From: an uncultured Planctomycetia bacterium
Lineage (GTDB): Bacteria; Omnitrophota; Gorgyraeia; Duberdicusellales; 4484-171
Length of the DNA: 64,000 nt
NCBI GenBank assembly: GCA_964547735.1
Contig: CAZJOV010000001.1
Coordinates: 5,789 to 69,788 of the forward strand
Direction of reading: 5' to 3'
Positions 55,114 to 64,000 of this stretch are shown in pieces; position 1 is the first letter of the stretch; every line of letters begins with the position of its first letter. Position numbers and translations under genes: made by a program. The notes under the pieces were generated by a model. The model was not told the DNA's origin. It ran no database searches and was given only the letters and a program-made list of their open reading frames with translations.

Positions 55114-56543
55114 TCCCCCTCCTCCTTTTTAATTAAAATAAAAAGAGTAAAAATCGCCCCAACAAAAACAAAAAGTTCAGGATATTTATTATAAAAGCTT
55201 CTTTCTTTTTTTAAAGGCAAAAAAAAAGTCTTTATCCCTTCAACAAAAACTTCTTTATTTGCTCTCTTTAAAGTAAAAATTCTACCACAAGGCGTAATCA
55301 TCGCACTTATTCCTGTATTAGCACAGCGAACAGAAGAAATCCTATTCTCAATCGACCTTAAAGTTAATATAGCCAAATGCTGATGTGCCTCAGGCTCCCC
55401 CCCAAACCAGGCATCATTGGTAATATTCACCAAGAAATCTACATTTTTTGAAACTTTAGCTACATAAAGAGGAAAAATATCCTCAAAACAGATGAGGACA
55501 GAAAATTTTTTATCTTTGTATTTAAATACCACTTCCCTCTTACCACAAGAAAAATCACCAATAGTATTTATCACCGGGATAAAGAAAAGAAACTTTCTTA
55601 AAGGGATATATTCTCCAAAAGGAACCAATTTAACTTTTTTATATTCTTCTTTAATCTTCCCTCCTTTATCCACCAATACTGCTTCGTTAAAAAAGTTTCC
55701 CTCTTCTTCCTCTACCACTCCCCACAAACTGTCTCTTTTTATCTCTTTTAAAAATTTTTTAAATTTATCAAAATTTGTCTTATTTAAAATAAAAGGGAAA
55801 CTAGCTTCAGGATAAATTACTAAGGAGTCTGAGGGGGTATTTTCTGCCAATTTCTTTAATTTTTCTAAAATAAATTCTCTCTTTTGAGGATTCCATTTTT
55901 CTTCTTGGGAAATATTTGGCTGAATCAGAGTCAATTTTATTTTTTCTGTTTTTTTAAAAGTAAGTGCATTAACTCTCCAGTAAGAGTAAATTAAGCAAAA
56001 AACAATGATAGTTAGGAAAACAAAAAATTCCTTTACCATTTTTTTCTCTCTTAACATCTTTTTTATTACAAGATTGCAAAAAATTATTAACCAGGAGATG
56101 AATTTTACCCCCAGTATATCTGCAGGTTGAATAATAAAAGAATTTAAATATTGAGAATAACCTAAATTTGTCCAGCTAAATCCCCATTTTATACTTTCCT
56201 GCAAAAACTCAAAAATAATCCATAGAAAAGCGATGCTATACACTTCACAAAATTTTTTAGAAATAAAAAATTTAGCTATGAAAGCAAATAAAACCCACCA
56301 GAAAGAAAGATAAATAACAAGAAAAAATAAGCCTAACTTAGTAACATAACCTATCCAGAACAAACAAAAGAAAAAAAAGAGAAAAGCAGCAAGGAAAGAA
56401 TAAAAAAAAAGATAAACCCCCCTTAAATTCTCCAAAAGAAAGAAAAAAGGAACGAATGAAAACCAAATAAGGAAGGAAAGGGAAGGAAAATTAAAACTTA
56501 AAGCAGCAAGTATTCCTGTCGAAGTCGCACAAAGAAAATTCAT
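55104..56543 (-). CDS. lnt: apolipoprotein N-acyltransferase
   Basis: A multi-TM N-terminal half, then a C-terminal CN-hydrolase domain with Glu (YPEASFP), Lys (KVKLVPFGEYIP) and Cys (LICFEDIF) catalytic residues. Confidence 0.85.
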   Translation of the reverse strand: MNFLCATSTGILAALSFNFPSLSFLIWFSFVPFFFLLENLRGVYLFFYSFLAAFLFFFFCLFWIGYVTKLGLFFLVIYLSFWWVLFAFIAKFFISKKFCEVYSIAFLWIIFEFLQESIKWGFSWTNLGYSQYLNSFIIQPADILGVKFISWLIIFCNLVIKKMLREKKMVKEFFVFLTIIVFCLIYSYWRVNALTFKKTEKIKLTLIQPNISQEEKWNPQKREFILEKLKKLAENTPSDSLVIYPEASFPFILNKTNFDKFKKFLKEIKRDSLWGVVEEEEGNFFNEAVLVDKGGKIKEEYKKVKLVPFGEYIPLRKFLFFIPVINTIGDFSCGKREVVFKYKDKKFSVLICFEDIFPLYVAKVSKNVDFLVNITNDAWFGGEPEAHQHLAILTLRSIENRISSVRCANTGISAMITPCGRIFTLKRANKEVFVEGIKTFFLPLKKERSFYNKYPELFVFVGAIFTLFILIKKEEGECR

Positions 56544-59404
56544 AAATTACGCCCGCAACATTTTTTATATTTTTTCCCACTTCCACAAGGACAGGGGTCA
56601 TTTCTCCCAACTTTTTTCCCTCTCACACGCATATGTTTAGAAGACTCCTTACTTAAATCTGAAACATCCTTACTTAAAGATGAATATTCGGAATGCACAT
56701 AATTTTTAGGAAGCTCTTCGAAAACAGGTTTAACCTCCTGAGGAACAATCTCTGTCCGGAAAAGAAATTTCACAATTTCTTCTTTCGTTGAGGAAATCAT
56801 CTTCTCAAAAAGAGAAAAAGCCTCTCTCTGGTACTCTATTAAGGGATCGCTACTTGCATAGCCACGTAGATATATCCCTTCTTTAAGATAATCCATCATC
56901 AGAAGATGTTCCTTCCAATGAAGATCAATCATCCACAAGGCCAATGATTTCTCCATCGCTTTTAGAACTTCCTTCCCAATTTTCTCTTCCAGATTTTGAT
57001 AGTAAGCATAAACTTTTCTTTTTACTTCTTTCTCAAGTTCTTCTCTTTCTCTATAAAGGTTAGCCGCTCTATCCAACTCAATGTTAAAGTCCCTCTTCAA
57101 CCAACTACTCAATCCTTCAAAATCGGAAAGTGAATAGAAATAACTTACCTTATCTTTAACCGTCTCCTCAATCATCTCTTTTACCTCTCTGCTTACATCT
57201 TCCCTCTCGAGAAAAACTCTTCTTTGCCTGTAGATAACTTCTCTTTGCTTATTCATCACATCATCATATTTAAGAAGTTCTTTTCTTATCTCAAAATTAT
57301 GCGCCTCAACTCTTTTTTGGGCAATCTCTATAGAACGACTAACTAAAAGATGCTCAATCGGCTCATCTTCAGGAAATTTAAATCTTTCCATCAAAAAATA
57401 GATTCTTTCTGAACCAAAAAGTCTCATTAAATCATCTTCCAATGAGATATAAAAACGAGATGAGCCCGGGTCTCCTTGACGGCCTGCTCTTCCCCGTAGC
57501 TGATTATCAATACGCCTTGCCTCATGACGCTGCGCTCCAATTACATGAAGCCCTCCCAGCCCCACTACCTTTCTATGTTCTTCTTCAAACTGGGGTTTAT
57601 ATTTTTTATAAATCCTTTCACAATGTTCCTTATATCTGGAATCTGAGGGAAGAATATTGTTTTTTCTTAAAATATCTTTCACAAAATAATCAATGTTGCC
57701 TCCCAGAATTATATCTGTCCCTCTTCCTGCCATATTGGTAGCAATCGTTACCTGCCCTAACCTTCCTGCCTGGGCAACAATATAGGCTTCCTGTTCATGA
57801 TACTTAGCGTTTAAGACGTTGTGAGGAATTCCTTTCCTTTTAAGCATTGAAGATAACTCCTCAGAATCATCGATAGATGTAGTTCCCACAAGCACCGGTC
57901 TTCCTTTCCTATACAATTCCTCAATTTCAGAAATTATCGCTTTAAATTTGGCTCTTTTTGTCTTATAGATTCTATCTGGATAATGAGTTCTAACCAAAGG
58001 TCTATTTGTAGGAATAACCACTACATCTAAATTATAAATATGCTTAAATTCATTAGCCTCTGTATAAGCAGTCCCTGTCATTCCTGCCAATTTTCTATAC
58101 ATCCGAAAATAATTCTGTAAAGTTATTGTGGCCAAAGTTTGAGTCTCTTCTTGAATCTTCAATCCTTCTTTTGCCTCAATCGCTTGATGGAGTCCTTCTG
58201 ACCAGCGTCTTCCCGGCATAAGACGCCCCGTAAACTCATCAACAATAATAACTTTACCATCTTTTACAATATAATCTCTATCTTTTTTAAATAAGTAATG
58301 TGCCCTTAAAGCTTGCTGAATATAATGAAGCCAGGTATAAGAAAGTCTATCCGGTAAATCCTCGGAAACATTTTTTATCTTGAGAAGAGCCTCTGTTTTT
58401 TCTTCTCCTCTTTTGGTAAGAAATACGGTATGTGTCTTTTCTTCTACTATCGCATCGAATCTCTCCTCAAGCTCTTGAGGTTCCATCTGAATTTCTTTTC
58501 CATCTATCTCCTTCAATACCACAAATCCTTCTTTAGTATCAAAACGAGAGATAACTTTTTTTACCTTAAGAGCCTTCACTGCTCGATTGACAAGATAATA
58601 CTTCTCAGTAGAGACTTCTGAAGGTCCAGAAATAATTAAAGGAGTCCTTGCCTCATCGATAAGAATGGAATCAACCTCATCTACAATCGCATAAAAATGA
58701 CCCCTCTGAACACACTCCTCTAAGGAAGTCGCCATATTGTCTCTTAAATAGTCAAAACCAAATTCATTGTTTGTGCCATAGGTAATATCACAAGCATAGG
58801 CCTTTCTTCTTTCCTTTTTATCCATATCCTGCTGGACCACTCCACAACTCAATCCTAAATACTCATAAACTGGTCCCATCCACTCCCAATCTCTTTTAGC
58901 TAAGTAATCATTCACTGTAACAATATGCACTCCTCGTCCTGCTAATGCATTCAGGGAAGCCGCCAAAGTCGCTACCAATGTCTTTCCTTCTCCTGTAGCC
59001 ATTTCGGCAATTTTATTTTTATGCAAGACTATTCCTCCCACAATTTGAACATCAAAATGCCTCAAGCCTATCGTCCTTAAGGCTGCCTCTCTCACCAGAG
59101 CAAAATGGAAAGGTAAAATTTCATCAAAAATACTCTCCAAAACTTGAAAGTACTCCTCCCCTTCTAAGTTTTTCGTCTCCTTCTCTATCTTTCTTCTGAA
59201 TTCAACTATCTTTTCCTTAAAAAAGGCAGCCGGCTTTTCTTTCAATTGAGACTCATAAGAATTTACTTTACTCACCAAAGAAGATAAAGAGGCAACTTCC
59301 CCGGCTGAAGGAAGAGGTATCTCGGAATGAAAGGAAATATTTACTTTGGGTTTCAACTTCTTTATCTTTCTCTCATATAGTTTAAGAAGAGTTCTTTTAA
59401 TCAT
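56540..59404 (-). CDS. secA: preprotein translocase ATPase SecA
   Basis: 954 aa. DEAD-motor motifs (MATGEGKTLVATL, DEVDSILIDEARTPLIISG), PPXD, HSD, and the C-terminal zinc finger CPCGSGKKYKKCCG. Confidence 0.97.
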   Translation of the reverse strand: MIKRTLLKLYERKIKKLKPKVNISFHSEIPLPSAGEVASLSSLVSKVNSYESQLKEKPAAFFKEKIVEFRRKIEKETKNLEGEEYFQVLESIFDEILPFHFALVREAALRTIGLRHFDVQIVGGIVLHKNKIAEMATGEGKTLVATLAASLNALAGRGVHIVTVNDYLAKRDWEWMGPVYEYLGLSCGVVQQDMDKKERRKAYACDITYGTNNEFGFDYLRDNMATSLEECVQRGHFYAIVDEVDSILIDEARTPLIISGPSEVSTEKYYLVNRAVKALKVKKVISRFDTKEGFVVLKEIDGKEIQMEPQELEERFDAIVEEKTHTVFLTKRGEEKTEALLKIKNVSEDLPDRLSYTWLHYIQQALRAHYLFKKDRDYIVKDGKVIIVDEFTGRLMPGRRWSEGLHQAIEAKEGLKIQEETQTLATITLQNYFRMYRKLAGMTGTAYTEANEFKHIYNLDVVVIPTNRPLVRTHYPDRIYKTKRAKFKAIISEIEELYRKGRPVLVGTTSIDDSEELSSMLKRKGIPHNVLNAKYHEQEAYIVAQAGRLGQVTIATNMAGRGTDIILGGNIDYFVKDILRKNNILPSDSRYKEHCERIYKKYKPQFEEEHRKVVGLGGLHVIGAQRHEARRIDNQLRGRAGRQGDPGSSRFYISLEDDLMRLFGSERIYFLMERFKFPEDEPIEHLLVSRSIEIAQKRVEAHNFEIRKELLKYDDVMNKQREVIYRQRRVFLEREDVSREVKEMIEETVKDKVSYFYSLSDFEGLSSWLKRDFNIELDRAANLYREREELEKEVKRKVYAYYQNLEEKIGKEVLKAMEKSLALWMIDLHWKEHLLMMDYLKEGIYLRGYASSDPLIEYQREAFSLFEKMISSTKEEIVKFLFRTEIVPQEVKPVFEELPKNYVHSEYSSLSKDVSDLSKESSKHMRVRGKKVGRNDPCPCGSGKKYKKCCGRNL

Positions 59405-60485
59405 TTTTTATATTTTGTCTCAAGAAGTGATAGATGAAATCATCTATTTTCCCATCTAAAACTTCATAAGCCGAGGAGGTTTCAAACTGAGTACGGTGGT
59501 CTTTTACTAAAAGATACGGATGGAGAATATAAGAACGGATTTGGTTTCCCCATTCTATTTTTTTCTTCTCTCCACAAATTTTTTCCATCCTTTCTCTTTT
59601 TTTCTCCTTCTCTAAGGCATATAGTTTTGCCTTTAAAATCCTTAAAGCCGTCTGCCGGTTCTGGTATTGAGAGCGTTCATTTTGACAGGAAACTACAACT
59701 CTGGTGGGAAGATGAGTAATTCTTACTGCTGAATCAGTACGATTAACATGTTGGCCTCCGTGCCCAGAAGCACGAAATGTCTCAATCTTTAAATCCGCAG
59801 GATTAATTTTGACCTCTTCCTCACCAATCTCAGGAATTATACTTACCGACGCAAAAGAAGTATGCCTTCGGCGATTAGCATCAAAGGGAGAGATTCTCAC
59901 CAACCGATGTACGCCTTTTTCTGACTTAAGAAGGCCGTAGGCAAATTTTCCTTCTACAAGAAAAGTTATATTTTTTATCCCTGCCTCCTCTCCTTTCAAT
60001 TCATCAAGAACTTTTATCCTAAATTTTTTATCCTCTGCCCATCGAAAGTACATCCTAAAAAGCATACTCACCCAGTCACAAGCCTCTGTCCCTCCGGCTC
60101 CGGCATTTATCTCCACAATTGCATTACTGTTATCAAACTCCTCAAAGAAAAGAAAAGAAAGCTCAATCTCATTTAACCTTCTTTCTATTCTTTTAAGCTC
60201 CTCTTCTAACTCTTTCTCTAAGGAAGAATCATTTAAGCTTGCCAGCTCCTCTAATCCCTTCAATTTCTCTCCTATTTTTTCCATATCTTCTACATCTTTT
60301 TTTAAACTCTTGAATTCCTCCGTTATCTTACTTGTTGATTTTATATCTTTCCAAAAGGAAGCTGAAGACATTTTCTGTTCTAATTCTTTTATCTTCTTTT
60401 TCTTCTCCTCTATTTTTAAATTTTTGTAGAGAGAGCTCCACTTCTTCCTCAATTTATCAATTGTGTTTAAAATTTCCAAAATCAA
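59397..60485 (-). CDS. prfB: peptide chain release factor 2 (single ORF, no programmed frameshift)
   Basis: It carries the SPF tripeptide (RISPFDANRRRHTSF) that is diagnostic of RF2 and the GGQ motif (SGHGGQHVNRTDSAVRITHLPT). It has a continuous 362-aa frame from the N-terminus. Confidence 0.9.
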   Translation of the reverse strand: MILEILNTIDKLRKKWSSLYKNLKIEEKKKKIKELEQKMSSASFWKDIKSTSKITEEFKSLKKDVEDMEKIGEKLKGLEELASLNDSSLEKELEEELKRIERRLNEIELSFLFFEEFDNSNAIVEINAGAGGTEACDWVSMLFRMYFRWAEDKKFRIKVLDELKGEEAGIKNITFLVEGKFAYGLLKSEKGVHRLVRISPFDANRRRHTSFASVSIIPEIGEEEVKINPADLKIETFRASGHGGQHVNRTDSAVRITHLPTRVVVSCQNERSQYQNRQTALRILKAKLYALEKEKKRERMEKICGEKKKIEWGNQIRSYILHPYLLVKDHRTQFETSSAYEVLDGKIDDFIYHFLRQNIKND

Positions 60486-61552
60486 ATTAGATCCCTTCTT
60501 TTCAAATTAAGATGAAACTCTTCTTTTTTATCTGCATATCCTAAAGCCAACTGAGGAGAGATGATCCTTCTCTCTACCAGCTCCAGCAAAGACTGATCAA
60601 AGCTTTTCATTCCATAAATTTCTCCTGAGGCAATATATTTGGGTATCTCCCATAATTTATTTTCTCTTAAAAGACGAGAAATGGTAGGAGATAAAGTCAT
60701 TATCTCATAAGCAGGAATTAATCCTTTCTTGTCTACCCGAGGAAGAAGTCTCAGGCAAATTACTCCTTTAAGAAGAACGGATAATTGCATTAAGATAAAA
60801 GAATGCTGATAGGGGGGGAAAAAGTTTATTATCCTCTCGATTGTGGTAGAAGCATTTACGGTGTGGAGGGTGGAGAAAACCAAAATTCCTGTCTCCGCAG
60901 CAGTTAAGGCGGCATAACAGGTATCTTGGTCACGAATGTTACCAATAAAAAGAACGTCAGGAGAATGCAAAGCAAACTGTCTTAATGCTTCCTGATAAGA
61001 AGAAACATCTTTCCCGATCTCTCGTTGATTGATTATTGACTTTTTATCGAAAAAAGTAAACTCAATCGGTTCTTCAACCGTAAGGATGTGCCTTCCGAAG
61101 TTACAATTAATGTATTCTATCATACTGGCAATAGTTGTAGATTTACCACTTCCGGTAATTCCTGTAAGAAGAATTAATCCTCTCTTCTCCTGACAGAATC
61201 TTTCTAAAACTGTTGAGGGAAGATTCAATTCGGTGAAAGTGGGAACTCTCAAATCGATCTTTCTTATCACCAAAGCTACAGTATTTCTCTGATAAAATAT
61301 ACTCATACGAAAACGCCAATGCTCTTTAAACCATATCGCAAACTCACAGCTTTTTCTTTTTAGAAAATTATCTTTCAACTCTTGAGGCAAAATTTCAGCA
61401 ATTATTTTGTCTAAATCTTGAGATAAAAATTCATAATCATCAATTGGTCTTACCTCACCTAAAACCCTCCCCTTAAGTACACTGCCAGCTCTTACAAAAG
61501 CATCAGAAGCATTCTCCTCAATCATTCTCTCAGCAATATAAGAAAAATCCAT
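60482..61552 (-). CDS. pilT: type IV pilus retraction ATPase PilT/PilU family
   Basis: Walker A GITGSGKSTT, Asp box and Walker B (ILTVEEPIEF, LFIGNIRD), His box AAETGILVFSTLHT, and the PilT-specific ISRLLRE-like motif. Confidence 0.85.
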   Translation of the reverse strand: MDFSYIAERMIEENASDAFVRAGSVLKGRVLGEVRPIDDYEFLSQDLDKIIAEILPQELKDNFLKRKSCEFAIWFKEHWRFRMSIFYQRNTVALVIRKIDLRVPTFTELNLPSTVLERFCQEKRGLILLTGITGSGKSTTIASMIEYINCNFGRHILTVEEPIEFTFFDKKSIINQREIGKDVSSYQEALRQFALHSPDVLFIGNIRDQDTCYAALTAAETGILVFSTLHTVNASTTIERIINFFPPYQHSFILMQLSVLLKGVICLRLLPRVDKKGLIPAYEIMTLSPTISRLLRENKLWEIPKYIASGEIYGMKSFDQSLLELVERRIISPQLALGYADKKEEFHLNLKRRDLI

Positions 61553-61560
61553 ACTCCCTC

Positions 61561-61842
61561 CTATCTTTCCAATTCTTCTCTAATCTTCTCCTCTAATTCT
61601 AACAACTTTTTTTTTAATTCTCTACCTAAAGAATACCCCCCAAAACCTTTTTTATGGGAATAGATAACACGATGACAGGGAATAAAAAAAGGATAAGGAT
61701 TGTTCTTTAAAACTTTTGCTACGGCCCTAAAAGAAGAAGGCTTTCCGATACTTTGGGCGATCTCCTTATAGGTACGTGTTTCACCTAAAGGAATCTTTAT
61801 TACCTCTCTTAATACTTTTTTTTCAAATTCTGTCATCTTCAA
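61561..61842 (-). CDS. ogt: methylated-DNA--protein-cysteine methyltransferase, DNA-binding/active-site domain only
   Basis: 93 aa. PCHRVI is the active-site Cys motif. Preceding it is the helix-turn-helix T.TY.EIA..IG.P...RAV. Confidence 0.85.
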   Translation of the reverse strand: MKMTEFEKKVLREVIKIPLGETRTYKEIAQSIGKPSSFRAVAKVLKNNPYPFFIPCHRVIYSHKKGFGGYSLGRELKKKLLELEEKIREELER

Positions 61843-63034
61843 ATATCTTCCTCTTTCTTAAAATCTGATGATACCGATAAGCAAAGCGATGGGCTTCATC
61901 TCTTACCCTCTGAAGAAGCTGAAGGCCTAAATTATCTGAAGGAAGTCTTAATGGTTCTTTCTTAGAAGGAATCCAGATTTCTTCCTTCCTCTTGGCAAGA
62001 GAAATTACAGGAATCTGCACCCCTAAGCTATCCAAAGTTTTTTTTGCCACAGATAGATGTCCTTTTCCTCCATCAATTACAACCAAATCAGGAAGTTTTT
62101 TTCTCTCTTCCTTAAGATGTCGATATCTCCTTTCCACAATCTCAGCAATCATCCTATAATCATCAACCCCTTCCACTTCCTTTATCCGATAACGTCGATA
62201 ACTACTTTTGTCCGGATATCCATCTTTAAACACAACCACCGACCCACAAGCTTCTTTGCCTTGTATGCAGGAGATATCTATCCCTTCAATTATAAAAGGA
62301 ATTCTTTTTAAATGCAAAATTTCTTTTAAAATAATTGCCTCATTCCCCTCTGACCTTCCTGTATAAAGCTTAGAAAGAGCTTCCAGCCTATCTCGATAAA
62401 GACCGGCCTCTTCAAATTTTTTTTCTTTAGCTAACTTCTCCATTTTTCTCTGTAATTTTTTAAGTAATATTTTCCTTTCTCCTTTAAGAATTCTAATAAT
62501 ATTATCCACAATGTCTTGATAATCCTCTTCTTTTATCTTCTCCTCACATACTCCTGGGCATAAACGAAGATGATAATATAAACATACTTTCTTAGGTAGA
62601 TTCTTGCAAGAACGAAAAGGGAAAATTTTCCTTATCAAGTTAAGAGCAGACTTTAAAAGCTTGACATTAGGATAAGGACCGAAAAGGATTAAGTTTTTTG
62701 TTTTTTTAGGTCGAGCCACATAAATTGCCGGATATTTTTCTTGAGTGATTACTACATAAGGATAGCTTTTATCGTCCTTGAGAACAACATTATACTTGGG
62801 CTTTTCCTCCTTTATGAGAGAAGCCTCAAGCAATAAGGCCTGTTCTTCGGTAGCGCATAGAATATAATCTATATCTTCAACTTTTTTAATGAAACCTTTT
62901 GCTTCCCTAAAATGAGAAAGGATTCTTTTTCTAAGGGAAGTGGTTTTCCCTATATAAAGAGCTTTGCTGCTTTTCCCCCTAAAGATATACACACCACACA
63001 AATCCGGTAATTCTTTTATCTTCTGCGAATCCAT
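61823..63034 (-). CDS. UvrC-family excinuclease (GIY-YIG plus UvrBC-interaction plus RNase-H-like endonuclease region) lacking the C-terminal (HhH)2 domain
   Basis: N-terminal GIY-YIG (LCGVYIF.....LYIGKT..L..R..SHF), a Cys-rich segment (C.NLPKKVCLYYHLRLCPGVC), and near the C-terminus the motif DEAHRFA typical of the UvrC endonuclease domain. It is 403 aa against ~600 for UvrC. Confidence 0.7.
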   Translation of the reverse strand: MDSQKIKELPDLCGVYIFRGKSSKALYIGKTTSLRKRILSHFREAKGFIKKVEDIDYILCATEEQALLLEASLIKEEKPKYNVVLKDDKSYPYVVITQEKYPAIYVARPKKTKNLILFGPYPNVKLLKSALNLIRKIFPFRSCKNLPKKVCLYYHLRLCPGVCEEKIKEEDYQDIVDNIIRILKGERKILLKKLQRKMEKLAKEKKFEEAGLYRDRLEALSKLYTGRSEGNEAIILKEILHLKRIPFIIEGIDISCIQGKEACGSVVVFKDGYPDKSSYRRYRIKEVEGVDDYRMIAEIVERRYRHLKEERKKLPDLVVIDGGKGHLSVAKKTLDSLGVQIPVISLAKRKEEIWIPSKKEPLRLPSDNLGLQLLQRVRDEAHRFAYRYHQILRKRKIFEDDRI

Positions 63035-64000
63035 CCTCTCAAGTAATTTATCTGCTCTATCTTAAGTAAATTTCCTAAAAAAAGAAAAAGAGCTCCTCCT
63101 CCCATTACTGCCAAAAAGGCTTTTACATATTTATTATACTCCCCTAAGGAAAATATTAACTTAAAAAAAAGGGAAGAAAGGAATCCTAAAAGTAGTAACT
63201 TTAGTATATATCCTTTTAAATCCTCCCAAGAGATTAAATCTTTTATACGCTGATTTAGTTTGGAAAAAAGAGAGAAAAAATTAAACGCTGCCGCCAAACT
63301 ACTTGCTAAAGCCACCCCTGCTATCTTTAAAGGGAAAATCAAAATCGCACTTAAGATAACATTTATTACCAAAGCAATGGTAGCATTTTTTGCCGGGGTA
63401 AGAGTATCCTTTAAGGCATAAAACGAATTAACCAGAAGTTTTATTCCACAAAAAAAGAAAAGACCAAATGAATAAAAGAACAAAACAGATGAGGTTAAAT
63501 TCAAAGAATAGAGAGAAAATGCACCACGCATAAATAATACCTCAAGGATATCTCTGCCGGAGATAATAAGAACTAAACTGAAAGGAATTATAAAGAACAA
63601 TATATTTTGAAAAGAAAAAAGAAAAAGCTTTTTAAAATCAACATAATTTTCATTTTTATAAAAATAAGAGAAATCAACAATAGCTACACGGGAAATAGAG
63701 ATGGCCACCAAAGCAAGAGGAAACTGTATAATACGATTGGCATAATAGACAGCAGCCAGGGCCCCTTCCCCCACAATCCAGCTTAAAGAAGAAAAAATTG
63801 TATCCACAAAAACAGAAAGTTGATAAACAAGTGTTGACCATATCCGAGGAAAGAATAACTTCATCATTCTTATAACATCTTTATCTTTGAAAATTCCTCT
63901 TATTTCTGTCAATTTTACTCCTATCTTTTTTCTCCATCCTAAAAAAAGAAAAGAAAGCAAAAATTGCAAAAATCCAGCCACTAAAACACTTAAGATGAGG
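63016..64000 (-). CDS. murJ: MurJ/MviN-like MOP-superfamily lipid II flippase, partial (C-terminal ~2/3). The N-terminus lies beyond the window end.
   Basis: A polytopic membrane protein with an Arg/aromatic pattern typical of MurJ. The reading frame remains open upstream of the in-window GTG through position 64000. Confidence 0.55.
   Translation of the reverse strand, partial: LILSVLVAGFLQFLLSFLFLGWRKKIGVKLTEIRGIFKDKDVIRMMKLFFPRIWSTLVYQLSVFVDTIFSSLSWIVGEGALAAVYYANRIIQFPLALVAISISRVAIVDFSYFYKNENYVDFKKLFLFSFQNILFFIIPFSLVLIISGRDILEVLFMRGAFSLYSLNLTSSVLFFYSFGLFFFCGIKLLVNSFYALKDTLTPAKNATIALVINVILSAILIFPLKIAGVALASSLAAAFNFFSLFSKLNQRIKDLISWEDLKGYILKLLLLGFLSSLFFKLIFSLGEYNKYVKAFLAVMGGGALFLFLGNLLKIEQINYLRGWIRRR

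Noticed and set aside
59397-60485. programmed +1 frameshift in prfB
   Set aside because: I looked for one because RF2 usually has it. The frame here is continuous from Met-1, so no frameshift feature is reported.
1-64000. CRISPR arrays, IS elements, integrases, prophage or toxin-antitoxin cassettes
   Set aside because: I scanned for regularly spaced direct repeats, for transposase, integrase or recombinase motifs, and for inverted terminal repeats, and found none. Every ORF of 60 aa or more was assigned to a housekeeping family or to a hypothetical without mobile-element signatures.

Overview
This is a low-GC (about 30%), very gene-dense bacterial chromosomal window. It holds about 70 CDS and 4 tRNAs, and roughly 95% of it is coding. 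Nearly all genes lie on the minus strand in long co-directional runs, and their stops and starts overlap by 1-60 nt, which is a streamlined small-genome style. The content is mostly housekeeping. It includes hisDBA with hisG and hisC separate, alaS, recX, htrA, recA, plsY-pgsA, lepB, lepA, cmk and an aromatic amino-acid block (tyrA, DAHP synthase, hisC, pheA). It also has a regulatory PTS without a permease (ptsI, ptsH, yvcK, ptsN), a tRNA cluster (Gly-GCC, Leu-TAG, Lys-TTT), frr-pyrH-tsf-rpsB, rplI-rpsR-ssb-rpsF, pth, rplY, prs, glmU, tRNA-Gln, a spoVG-like gene, ispE, a split transketolase, dnaB, and a secA-prfB-pilT-ogt-uvrC-like run. The cell is clearly diderm with LPS. Evidence: a partial hldE/rfaE kinase gene, msbA, lpxB, an lpxC-fabZ fusion, lpxD, skp, bamA, an lpxL-like gene, lnt and a murJ-like gene (partial). 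I found no CRISPR, no IS or transposase or integrase, and no rRNA. Several things are not explained by ordinary housekeeping. (1) A ParA/MinD-type ATPase is fused to a C-terminal AMPK-beta/CBM48-like glycogen-binding module, and it is translationally coupled to an upstream single-TM protein. This is a candidate, apparently undescribed, cargo-positioning system for alpha-glucan granules. (2) A tandem pair of type-IV-pilin-like genes has [F/M]TL[LV]E N-termini but lacks the near-invariant Gly at -1. They sit next to a small zinc-ribbon protein, and a PilT-like ATPase lies elsewhere in the window. (3) A SpoVG homolog has a C4 zinc ribbon inserted in a loop. (4) A glycine-zipper lipoprotein has a C-terminal zinc ribbon. 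(5) A roughly 290-nt non-coding stretch inside the tRNA cluster has a strong hairpin and a decayed tRNA T-arm. (6) A Gfo/Idh/MocA oxidoreductase overlaps the lpxB start and may be GnnA-like. (7) A lipoprotein PTP-fold phosphatase sits upstream of the lpxL-lnt operon. (8) The YvcK homolog has an N-terminal 2-TM extension. All calls come from reading the supplied translations and sequence. I ran no database searches.
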